Positions 30,164 through 39,126 of a stretch of DNA of 64,000 nucleotides are shown here, one piece after another. Below the pieces are notes generated by a model, which had not been told where the DNA came from, did no database searches, and saw only the letters and a list, made by a program, of their open reading frames with translations. How positions within the stretch are numbered: the first letter of the stretch is position 1; each line of letters begins with the position of its first letter. A program made the position numbers and the translations under genes. The stretch comes from Roseibacillus sp. (GTDB lineage: Bacteria; Verrucomicrobiota; Verrucomicrobiia; Verrucomicrobiales; Akkermansiaceae): assembly GCA_051251855.1 (NCBI GenBank), contig JBPOGI010000001.1, positions 992,001 through 1,056,000 on the forward strand. The letters are read 5' to 3'.

Positions 30164-30856
30164 ATGGAAGACTCGAATAAGATGATATCGGAGTATGTAA
30201 GAAGAGGACTTGGGGGACTGGGTGTTTGTCTTGGACTCTGGTGGATAGGGATGATTGGAAACCCGTTTCTGGCAAGTTTTTGGAGGAGCGAGTGGGAGCC
30301 TTTTGATCTCGGGTTCCTGCTGACGATAGGTCCGATGATGTTGGCGCCTGGAATCTTCCTAGTGATTCACGGAGTCCGGCTTTTTCGCAGTTTTCGCGAG
30401 TCTTCTCTCCGATGGACTACCGGAATCTTAAGCATTTATGGCGCGTTTTGGCTGGCTGCTCGGCTTCTTGAGCTTTTCCCAAACCTGCATTCTTCAAGGA
30501 TTGGGGATTCCGTGTTTCTTTTTGCAAGTAGCTTGGTGGTAATCCCTGTTCACCTTTTTGTGGTGCGGTCTCTTCTTCGGTATTTTACAAACGAGGAACG
30601 GTCTTTGGCGTCTCTCCTGAGTAGAGGAGTGTTGTTTTTAATGGCTTGGCAATTGTGGCTTTTGCTTTCTTCCGTCTTCGATAAATATGCGCCCGTGAAG
30701 GAAGGCTTCACTCACATTTATGAGGAGCCTTGGGAGACTCTTGGTCTTTTTGTGCCGATTGTGATCGCAGTGGGTTCCTACTGCATTTTTTCCTCTATCC
30801 TGACCAAGGCACAAGGGGGGAATGTTAAAGCCGTCGATACTCCTATTGAGTCCTAG
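30164..30856 (+). CDS. Hypothetical multi-pass membrane protein
   Basis: About six hydrophobic segments; likely start ATG 30164. Confidence 0.6.
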   Translation: MEDSNKMISEYVRRGLGGLGVCLGLWWIGMIGNPFLASFWRSEWEPFDLGFLLTIGPMMLAPGIFLVIHGVRLFRSFRESSLRWTTGILSIYGAFWLAARLLELFPNLHSSRIGDSVFLFASSLVVIPVHLFVVRSLLRYFTNEERSLASLLSRGVLFLMAWQLWLLLSSVFDKYAPVKEGFTHIYEEPWETLGLFVPIVIAVGSYCIFSSILTKAQGGNVKAVDTPIES

Positions 30857-30890
30857 CCAGGTGCCCCTTCAGTTCGTCGGACTTGTGGAA

Positions 30891-32717
30891 CTAGGAGTCC
30901 TTGTTTGCGTCGTGAAATATGGAAATTTCTGCCTCCTTAGTGCCGAGGAGTTGTTGGGCACGGATCAGGGCGTTGCGGGTGGAGATATTGGGGTTGGAAG
31001 AGCCATACATGAAGAGGTTGGAGGTGCCTTCTTCTTTGCTCGTTCCTTCTTGGAGTAGTTCGAGGACTCCTGAGTTCTTAAGGACACGATAGACGGGACG
31101 TGGGGTGCCAGAAATGAGAACGTGCCGATCGCGCTCTCGCATAAACTTGATAAGGTCGGCCAAGGCGAGAACGGAGGTTGCATCGAGGTGGCGTGCATTT
31201 TTGAGCCGAAGAATCACAACTCTAAGATTATCATCGGCGGCAATCCGTTGAATCTGAGAACGGAAAAGCTCGGAGGCACCGAAGAAGAGGTCTCCTTCGA
31301 CGTGAACGATTGAAATTTCAGGATTTGGCCGAGGACGCTTCTCTCCTAGTTCGCGAAGGTCGCCATCGTCGTGAACCGCGTATTCGACCATTTGGGGGAC
31401 GGCTGCCTTCCGTAAGAAGAGAGCAATGGAGAGCGCCACGCCAATGAAGATAGCGACGTGAAGAGGAGTGAGGAGAGTGGCCAGAAAAGTGGTAACGAGA
31501 ACGAGTGCATCTGAACGGGTCGAACGAAGGCAAACGCGAATATTCTTGGGAGATATCAGCGATATAGCGATGGCAATCACGAGCCCAGCGAGGACGGCCT
31601 TAGGGATGAGAGATACGATAGGAACAGTCGCTAACAAAAAGGTAGCACCTAGACAGAGTAAACCGCAAATAATCGAGGCGAAAGGGGTGCGCGCTCCCGA
31701 TGAATAGTTGAGGGCGGACCGAGTGAGGGAGCCGGAAGCCGGCATGGCCGCCAAGCAGGAGGCTGCGAGATTGGCCATTCCTACTGAAAACATGTCTTGG
31801 TTGACGTCGGGCCTATCTCCGGTTTGGGAGGCAAGGGATTTCGCCATGGCGGTGTTCTCTAGCGAAGCGAGGAAGGCAATGGCAAAGGCAATGGGAAGGA
31901 GCGTGGCGGTTTGGTCGAGAAGGTCCTGAAAACCGCTGATTTGGGGTAAGGATGGAGAGAGGTCGGTGAGACTGAAATTTTGAAAAAAGACGAGGCTTTC
32001 GCGCGGAAAAAGGGCGCCGGCGGCCGAGGTGATAAGGAGAGTGAGTGCAAAATTAGGGAGCTTCTTAAGGAAACGCTCTAGAAATAGAAAAATGGTGAGG
32101 GCCAGCAGACCAAGAACGGCTGGTTGCCAACTCGCGTGGTAGAGATGTTCGCTGATTTTTGCGACAAGAGTTGGAAAAGTTCGGCCGTCTGTTTTTTCGA
32201 AATATTGAGCTATGCCCAGCAGCGGTTTGAGCTGATTGAACATGATGAGAGTCGCCGCTCCAGTGATGTAGCCCACGAGGACTGAGCGAGAGATGAATTG
32301 CAGAAGGTCGGCGAGCTTAAGCATAGCGCCAGCGATCGAAAGAAGGGCGACGAGGATGACCAAGAAAGGAACTGCTTCGAGTCCTAGGGTCCCTGCGGCG
32401 AGACTCGAAAACAGCATGAAGGAAGTGGCATTGGTGGGGCCGAGAATGGTGTGCCGCGAGGAGGCAAAGACGGGAGCGACCAAAGCGGCGATGGCCGAAC
32501 AAAGGATGCCGTTGACGATGGGGAGTCCTGCGATGGTGGCGTAGGCCATTCCCTGGGGGACTGCTAAGAGGGCTACATTGACTGCGGCCTTGGAGTCGGC
32601 TCCAAGATTTCCTGGGGTCAGGTTCTTAAAGTGATGTCGGAGAGGGAAAAAATCAGGCAAGCTATCGAACTTGTTCCGACTGGCGTTGCGCCGCACATGT
32701 CTCCAGAAAAACCGCAT
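30891..32717 (-). CDS. Second SulP family transporter with STAS domain
   Basis: VALLAVPQGMAYATIAGLP, ILGPTNAT, MPASGSLTRS, VEGDLFFGA, HLDATS. Confidence 0.93.
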   Translation of the reverse strand: MRFFWRHVRRNASRNKFDSLPDFFPLRHHFKNLTPGNLGADSKAAVNVALLAVPQGMAYATIAGLPIVNGILCSAIAALVAPVFASSRHTILGPTNATSFMLFSSLAAGTLGLEAVPFLVILVALLSIAGAMLKLADLLQFISRSVLVGYITGAATLIMFNQLKPLLGIAQYFEKTDGRTFPTLVAKISEHLYHASWQPAVLGLLALTIFLFLERFLKKLPNFALTLLITSAAGALFPRESLVFFQNFSLTDLSPSLPQISGFQDLLDQTATLLPIAFAIAFLASLENTAMAKSLASQTGDRPDVNQDMFSVGMANLAASCLAAMPASGSLTRSALNYSSGARTPFASIICGLLCLGATFLLATVPIVSLIPKAVLAGLVIAIAISLISPKNIRVCLRSTRSDALVLVTTFLATLLTPLHVAIFIGVALSIALFLRKAAVPQMVEYAVHDDGDLRELGEKRPRPNPEISIVHVEGDLFFGASELFRSQIQRIAADDNLRVVILRLKNARHLDATSVLALADLIKFMRERDRHVLISGTPRPVYRVLKNSGVLELLQEGTSKEEGTSNLFMYGSSNPNISTRNALIRAQQLLGTKEAEISIFHDANKDS

Positions 32718-32772
32718 TGAGGCCCGACGCTAACAGATGAGGGCGGGGTTTGGGAAGTGATTCTGAGTCAGG

Positions 32773-33873
32773 TTATTCCTGAATGAGTTCGAGCTTGAAG
32801 GGATACCGGCAAGCAGCGTTCCACTCCATCACGTAGATGTTCCCCAATTCATCGACCATCAAGTCGTGAACGTGCAGAAAAACGGGATGCGTTTGGTGGA
32901 GAGGCTGAAGTTTTTCGTTCTTGAAAACAGGCTCACTGCCCCCAGGAGCGGAAACGACTTGCTTGGTTGTACGATCTAGAACGGCGACAAAACCACTTTT
33001 TTCAAGACGTTTACCGGTCTTAGGGTCCTTTGACCAGCATACCCCTGTATAAATGTGATCTCCGTGGAAGACGGCCTGTCCAGCATAGGCTCCTGGAAGG
33101 GGAATTGTTTCGAGATGCTTTCCTTCGAGGGTAAATCGCTTCAGCTGATTTTGCTCACGAGAACTGACCCAAAGGACGGGATTCTCAGGATCGCTCTCAT
33201 CGATCGAAATCCCATGACCGTTTGAAATATCCGAATCTTTACCAGGCTTGCGGCCGCCCCAATCTCGAATGAGTTCGCCGTCGATGGTGAAATGAAGAAT
33301 TCGGTTGGTGCTATAACCATCAATGACGAGGATTTCGTTATCGGCCGTCACCGCGACGTCGCAAGGTCCGTAGTAGGTGCCTTCATCTTCGAGGCCTAGG
33401 TCGATAGGGGAGGGCAAAGTGCGGACGAGCTCTCCTTGCTTAGTGAGCAGATTCACTGAGCCGGTCTTTTTGGTCGCTTTGCCTTCAGCGCTAAATTCCC
33501 AGCCACAATCGACGTGGATAATGAGTTCGCGGTCATCCTCTTGAATGAGATCGATGCCGTGACCGCCCTTAAGGCCCTCACCAAAGCTGCGCACATAAGT
33601 CCCATCGGGTTTGAGCACAATGATGGCATTTCTAGGATGGTCGTTCACGAGATAGAAGAAGCCGTCTTCACTCGCTACCATGGCATGGGCGTTGATCACG
33701 GGCGCGACTTCGCGGTCTACTTTAGCCCAGTCACGGATGACGCGATAACGCAAGTCGTTGTGACCGAGGACTTTTTCTTCCTCAGCCAAGGGGAGAAGAG
33801 TCTCGGTTGGTTGAAACTGAGCTGAGAGAGGACTTGAAAGTAGGCCTGTGAGGGTGAGGAGAGAAAGCTTCAC
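32773..33873 (-). CDS. Secreted NHL-repeat beta-propeller (peptidylamidoglycolate lyase-like)
   Basis: Signal peptide; GGHGID, PCDVAV...VIDGYS, NGHGISID, VSSREQ, HVHDLMVDELGNIYV. Confidence 0.8.
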   Translation of the reverse strand: MKLSLLTLTGLLSSPLSAQFQPTETLLPLAEEEKVLGHNDLRYRVIRDWAKVDREVAPVINAHAMVASEDGFFYLVNDHPRNAIIVLKPDGTYVRSFGEGLKGGHGIDLIQEDDRELIIHVDCGWEFSAEGKATKKTGSVNLLTKQGELVRTLPSPIDLGLEDEGTYYGPCDVAVTADNEILVIDGYSTNRILHFTIDGELIRDWGGRKPGKDSDISNGHGISIDESDPENPVLWVSSREQNQLKRFTLEGKHLETIPLPGAYAGQAVFHGDHIYTGVCWSKDPKTGKRLEKSGFVAVLDRTTKQVVSAPGGSEPVFKNEKLQPLHQTHPVFLHVHDLMVDELGNIYVMEWNAACRYPFKLELIQE

Positions 33874-33947
33874 GGGAGAGGACTCTGTGAGTTCAAAACT
33901 GAGCTGACAAGGGTAAGGTTGTTCCTTGCTCTGGAAAAACCATCGTG

Positions 33948-33983
33948 TTTTCGCAAGCTTTGGGGTTCACTTTTCGCAAGCTT
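33948..33983. repeat. 13-bp direct repeat in a divergent promoter region
   Basis: TTTTCGCAAGCTT at 33948-33960 and 33971-33983. Confidence 0.7.
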
Positions 33984-33987
33984 AACT

Positions 33988-35799
33988 ATGTCCGAATACC
34001 AAACTAGACCTGGCAGCCACACGGGAATGCCGCCCGGAGTGCCGCACATCATCGGGAACGAGGCTGCGGAACGATTTTCGTTCTATGGAATGAAGGGGAT
34101 CTTAGCGGTTTTCATGGCGCAATATTTGCACCTGATGAATGACACGCCTGGCGAGGCCATGAGCGAAACAATGGCTTCCTCGAACTATCACGCTTTCAAC
34201 TTTTGGGTCTACATAACGCCATTCGTGGGTGCCCTTTTGGCAGATTTTTTCTGGGGAAAGTATCGCACGATTATCTGGCTGTCGGTGGTCTATGTGATGG
34301 GTCATGGCGCGCTGGCGTTCATGGGGACGACCGGTGATGCGCGATGGTGGATGTTTGGAGGTCTCGCTCTCATTGCGATTGGTTCGGGTGGCATTAAGCC
34401 CTGTGTTTCGGCCCATGTGGGCGACCAGTTTGGGGCCAGCAATGCGCACCTGCTGCCTAAGATTTTCAATTGGTTCTATTTTTCAATCAATGTAGGGGCG
34501 ATGGTTTCGATGCTACTGACGCCATGGCTTCTCGAGTGGTATGGCCCACATTGGGCATTCGGCGTTCCTGGGGTGTTGATGGCATTGGCAACCTTGGTGT
34601 TTTGGATGGGGAGAAAACGCTTCGTGCATATTCCAGCTCAGCCAGAAAAGACAAGAAGAGAGCTTACAAGCCCCGAGGGCATGAAGAGCATCCTGTCCCT
34701 CATTCCGCTATTCCTATTTGTTGCCATGTTCTGGGCACTCTTTGATCAGACTGGCTCGACTTGGATTTTTCAAGCGCAAGATATGGAGCGAAACTTTCTA
34801 GGGAAGGAGTGGCTACCTTCTCAAATCCAGTCTTTGAACTCGGTGTTTGTCCTCATGTTCATTCCTTTGTTCGCCTACGGACTCTATCCGCTCATTTCGA
34901 AAGTGTGGCCGCTGACTCCGTTGCGGAAAATTGGCGTTGGGCTTTTCCTGATGACTTTGTCCTTCGCGATGGTTGCCTTAGTGCAATCACGCATCGACAT
35001 GGGTGCGAGACCGAATATTTCATGGCAGGTTCTCTCCTATGCCTTGTTGACGGCGTCCGAAGTGATGGTCTCTATTGTAGCCTTGGAGTTTGCTTACACG
35101 CAGGCACCCAAGACTTTAAAGTCGATTGTAATGAGCCTCTTTCTTGCCGCGGTGGCTTTCGGTAACCTTTTTACTGCAGGTATCAATCGCATCATTGTCG
35201 TTGCCGAGCCGAAAGAATCCGAGAGTTTCGAGGGAAATAAGGTGAACTATCTTGGCGAGGATAAGGTGCTTGGCTCTGAGGATGATTTGATGCGCTTAGA
35301 AAATGGGGTTTTGACGCAAGGGCTGAAAACTGTCGAACTGGTAGATGGAAAATTTCCCCAAACGATAGCGGCCTTTAAAACATTGAAGGATCCCTGGGGG
35401 AATGCACTCCGCTATCGAGTGATGAATTCACGAACGGCTCGAATCTCCTCCGACGGCCCAGACGGGAAGGCTCGAACAAAATGGGACCAAGGGGTTGTGA
35501 TGTCGCTGCCGGAGCCAGAAGCCGTGCAGAAAACATCATGGTCCGATACTTGGCGACCTCAGGAAAGTTGGCTCACAAAGAGAAAGCGTGAACTTGGTCT
35601 CATAGAAGAATCCTCGGATGAGAAGAATCCCTATCCGTTCTCAATCGATTACTATAGCGGAGGAGGGACTCGTCTGGAGGGCGCATCTTACTTCTGGTTC
35701 TTTGCCGGGTTGATGTTCTTAACGGCAGTCGGGTTCATCCCTTATGCCCTGAGATATCAAGGAAGAACAATTCTGCAAGACTCTCACCGTGAAACCTGA
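33988..35799 (+). CDS. POT/PTR proton-dependent oligopeptide transporter with a large late loop insertion
   Basis: NEAAERFSFYGM (ExxERFxYY motif), GSGGIKPCVS, FYFSINVG, LEFAYTQAP; likely start ATG 33988. Confidence 0.93.
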   Translation: MSEYQTRPGSHTGMPPGVPHIIGNEAAERFSFYGMKGILAVFMAQYLHLMNDTPGEAMSETMASSNYHAFNFWVYITPFVGALLADFFWGKYRTIIWLSVVYVMGHGALAFMGTTGDARWWMFGGLALIAIGSGGIKPCVSAHVGDQFGASNAHLLPKIFNWFYFSINVGAMVSMLLTPWLLEWYGPHWAFGVPGVLMALATLVFWMGRKRFVHIPAQPEKTRRELTSPEGMKSILSLIPLFLFVAMFWALFDQTGSTWIFQAQDMERNFLGKEWLPSQIQSLNSVFVLMFIPLFAYGLYPLISKVWPLTPLRKIGVGLFLMTLSFAMVALVQSRIDMGARPNISWQVLSYALLTASEVMVSIVALEFAYTQAPKTLKSIVMSLFLAAVAFGNLFTAGINRIIVVAEPKESESFEGNKVNYLGEDKVLGSEDDLMRLENGVLTQGLKTVELVDGKFPQTIAAFKTLKDPWGNALRYRVMNSRTARISSDGPDGKARTKWDQGVVMSLPEPEAVQKTSWSDTWRPQESWLTKRKRELGLIEESSDEKNPYPFSIDYYSGGGTRLEGASYFWFFAGLMFLTAVGFIPYALRYQGRTILQDSHRET

Positions 35800-36385
35800 T
35801 CAGTCATCAACCAAGAAAATCCATCGAAGTGTTCTCGACGGATAAAAGAGGGCTGAAATCGCTTTTCATTACCGGCGTGGATGAGGGAGGAAAACTCAGC
35901 CCCACCAAGAAGAGCTGATTACGACTCAGGAGTCTATTGTGACATCACAGCGACGCTATCGTTCTTGGCATCAAGCGGGAGATAAGTGCAAAGAATAGGC
36001 TTAAAAGATTAATTTTTAACCTTCTCGGACGATTTAGGAATGCGATACGGCAATCGTAAACGGGAAAACGCATGGAGTTGCGGTCGCTTCGGCTTGACTT
36101 CGATGGCTTTGGTCCAGAAGTCACAGTAACTTATCATTAGAGCGTGGAACATTTTTTTAAAGTTCTTCACCGCTATTTCTCATTCGTTTAAGAAGTCTAA
36201 ACTAAACTGGAGTAATTTCTTAGGGGAATCGGGTCGAAATATCTGACTGAAGATAATTTTCATTAATTCATTTAGAAGGCATGACTCAGAATGACAGTTT
36301 ATATTATTGCCTTCGGTAATTTTACCCTTGGTTAAGCATTCATTGAGAGTAGGTTAGTGAAGTTCACCAGTAACACCTATCCACT

Positions 36386-36964
36386 ATGAAGTATTTGAAA
36401 CTATCCGGAATCGTTGCTGCCGCTTTACTTGCCTGTAGCTGCAGTACCTCTAGCGTCGCGGTCAAAGAGACCTCGCTCGTCAATAGCAACTCTTCGTCCC
36501 GCGAACGTCATCTTGCGAGTTCGATCCACCAAGAAATCAATCGGTATCGGGCCACCCAAGGCCTCAAGGCACTGAAGCTACACAGTGGTTTGACCAAGCT
36601 GGCAAAGCCCCACAGTAACTATATGATGACGAATGCGGGCTCATTTAGTGTGGATTCGCAGAAGAGTCTTATTACTCACTACGGGTTTGGTGCTCGGTCG
36701 ACGATGGCCAATCGCAAGTATCAAATCGAGTCTCTCGGCGAGAACGTGATCGCTAGTTACGAGATGGGGCAGGGAACCGATTTGGCGGCAAAAATGGTGA
36801 GAGGTTGGCTGACGTCTCCCAATCACAAGCACAACATTCATTCGAAATGGACCCGAACAGGGATTGCCGTTTCATTCGATGCGCGAGGACGGGCCTTTGT
36901 TACCCAGCTCTTTGGCACGGAACCGTCTCAACTTCTGAAGGTCGGCGGTCCTGCTCAATGGTAG
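36386..36964 (+). CDS. CAP/SCP domain lipoprotein
   Basis: Lipobox-like LLAC; INRYRATQGL, HSNYM, GENV, WLTSPNHKHNI, GIAV, FVTQLF. Confidence 0.88.
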   Translation: MKYLKLSGIVAAALLACSCSTSSVAVKETSLVNSNSSSRERHLASSIHQEINRYRATQGLKALKLHSGLTKLAKPHSNYMMTNAGSFSVDSQKSLITHYGFGARSTMANRKYQIESLGENVIASYEMGQGTDLAAKMVRGWLTSPNHKHNIHSKWTRTGIAVSFDARGRAFVTQLFGTEPSQLLKVGGPAQW

Positions 36965-36969
36965 TCTTT

Positions 36970-38382
36970 TTAAATCGAACCTCCGAGAGCGAGAAGGAGA
37001 TCGAGGTGATTCTGCAGTCTCCTGTTCTTGAGTGAAATCAAACTCGCTCGGGCATTGAGAGCTCTGCGTTGCGCCTCCAGCACCTCCAAGATACTCGGTC
37101 GATTGCCAACGTCGAGACCTTCGACAAAGTTGCTCTCAGCCCATTTTTCAGCAAGAGCAGTATTTTCCACTTCGGTGAGAAGATGCTGCTCTTGTTTTTT
37201 GAGTGAGTCGTCAGTAGCGAGCGCGGACTCTACTTCCTGAAAAGCTCGCAGAACGTCGCGTCGATAAAGACTGATTTGATTCTCGTTGTCTGCGAGTGAT
37301 TGGCGGGCTCGGGCAGAAAGCTCACCACCTGAGTATAGATTCTGGGCAATGCTCGCAGCTAGAGAGGAAGTGAGGTTGCCGACGTCGAGGAGATCGCGAA
37401 GCTCAGGCGATGAGGTGCCTGAACTGGCAGTGAGCCGAAAATTTGGAAGAAGATTTTTGCGAGATGCGTCGGCCCGTCTGGCGGACGCAAAAACGCGAAT
37501 ACGGCGAGCGGTCAAATCGGGCCTTCGCTCGAGAAGTTGAGAGGGTAGGCCCGCCTTAACGGGGGGAATCCTTGGCAATTGGGTTGAGGAATCGATTTGA
37601 GAGTTTGGGTATTCTCCGAGCAACAGCTGGAGAGAGCGCGCAGCTTCATCGCGGGCCAATTGTCGAGACTTGAGGGAGCGCTCGGCGGAAGCAATGTTAC
37701 TGCGCCCAAAGGCATCGTCGAGGGGACGTAACGTCCCTAGTTTGTAACCTCTTTGGATAATTTGGTAATTATCGCGGAAGGACTGAAGGGTTTCCTTAGC
37801 CAAAGTGAGTTGGTTTTCGGCGGTGACAAGATTACACCAGCTTTGAGCGGTATTGACTGCGAGGGAAAGTCGCGCGGAACGAAAGTCGGCGACGGTTGCT
37901 TCGTAGTCAGCAACCGAGGCGGATTCGAGATCTCGGAGTCTTCCCCAGATGTCAGGTTCCCAGGATGCATTCAGCGATAGGGCGTAGGAATCACTGCTTT
38001 CTCCGTCGCTTCGAGAGCGTGTTCCGCGTCCTGAAGCATTGATGTCTGGCAATCGGCTTGCTCGACCGATGATGGTTCCTTCGCGAGCGGTCTTGAGCCG
38101 GGTTGCAGTCGCTTGCAGGTCAGGGTTATTTTTGAGGGCAGTTCTGACAACTCGACTCAGTTGAGGATCTCGGAGGCTGGCAAGCCAATCGGTGGTGATT
38201 TTGGCGTTTTGACCCTCTTGGGCGGCGGCGAATGCAGAGAGGGTATCAAATGCGACTCCTTCGGCGGGCCTCTGACCTGGGATTGGGTTGCAGGCACTCA
38301 TAAATAGAGTGCACCCAACGAGTAACAAAGAAATTGTTCTTTCGTGACGAAAGTGGGGTGAGATTTGTATTCTGGATTGCAT
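36970..38382 (-). CDS. Outer membrane efflux factor (NodT/OprM-type lipoprotein)
   Basis: DPQLSRVVRTALKNNPDL, SWEPDIWGRLR, GLPSQLLERRPDL, AFQEVESAL, ALGG. Confidence 0.92.
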   Translation of the reverse strand: MQSRIQISPHFRHERTISLLLVGCTLFMSACNPIPGQRPAEGVAFDTLSAFAAAQEGQNAKITTDWLASLRDPQLSRVVRTALKNNPDLQATATRLKTAREGTIIGRASRLPDINASGRGTRSRSDGESSDSYALSLNASWEPDIWGRLRDLESASVADYEATVADFRSARLSLAVNTAQSWCNLVTAENQLTLAKETLQSFRDNYQIIQRGYKLGTLRPLDDAFGRSNIASAERSLKSRQLARDEAARSLQLLLGEYPNSQIDSSTQLPRIPPVKAGLPSQLLERRPDLTARRIRVFASARRADASRKNLLPNFRLTASSGTSSPELRDLLDVGNLTSSLAASIAQNLYSGGELSARARQSLADNENQISLYRRDVLRAFQEVESALATDDSLKKQEQHLLTEVENTALAEKWAESNFVEGLDVGNRPSILEVLEAQRRALNARASLISLKNRRLQNHLDLLLALGGSI

Positions 38383-38415
38383 TCTCCGATGAAACAGTCA
38401 AATACCGCGTAAGCA

Positions 38416-39120
38416 ATGAATTGGTTTCAAAAAACGTCTCTGATGACCACAATCATCTCCATAGCCCTCTCGGGAGGCCTCTGGAGTGAAGTCGAAACTT
38501 CGCGAGTAGTGGAGAAAGGAGATACCTTGGAGGAAGTCAAACCTGAGGTCAAGGTCGAGGCTAAGACTGAGATTGAAGAAGGAGCCAAGAGCAAGGGGGA
38601 AACGGAGCCTGAAATTTTAACAGAAAAGGCAGCGGAGGCACTCGAGGAGGCAAGAGATAAAGAAAAGAAGGAGCCTTCTGAGCCCGTAGAACGGCAAGTC
38701 TTTGGTTGGAAAGAGTGGGTGAAGGTTGGAACGAAGGCGGATGTGATGAGAGCCAAGTTAGATAGTGGCGCGCGAACCTCTTCCCTCCATGCCGAAGGCA
38801 TCGAAGAGTTCGAGCGTGACGGTCGCGAGTGGGTACGCTTCACGATGCGGGATCCTGACGAGAAGGATTCGAAGTCGATTCTGATTAAGGCCCCGGTTCA
38901 ACGTGTTGCAAAGGTCAAGAATACCGATGGCACGATGGAGAGACGTTTTGTCGTCGAACTTGGTTTCTCAATGGGAGACCGCCAGCTGCGCGAGGAGTTC
39001 AATCTCAATGATCGAACTGGGATGACCTGCCCCGTCTTGATTGGGCGCAATGCCCTCCGTCATCTTGGTTATGTTGATTGCAGTCGCGTCGACCTAGCTA
39101 CCAAAAAGATTCTTAAATAA
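38416..39120 (+). CDS. Secreted retropepsin-like aspartic protease ('putative ATP-dependent zinc protease' family)
   Basis: FGWKEWV, AKLDSGARTSSLHA, FNLNDR, VLIGRNAL. Confidence 0.88.
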   Translation: MNWFQKTSLMTTIISIALSGGLWSEVETSRVVEKGDTLEEVKPEVKVEAKTEIEEGAKSKGETEPEILTEKAAEALEEARDKEKKEPSEPVERQVFGWKEWVKVGTKADVMRAKLDSGARTSSLHAEGIEEFERDGREWVRFTMRDPDEKDSKSILIKAPVQRVAKVKNTDGTMERRFVVELGFSMGDRQLREEFNLNDRTGMTCPVLIGRNALRHLGYVDCSRVDLATKKILK

Positions 39121-39126
39121 ACTCCC

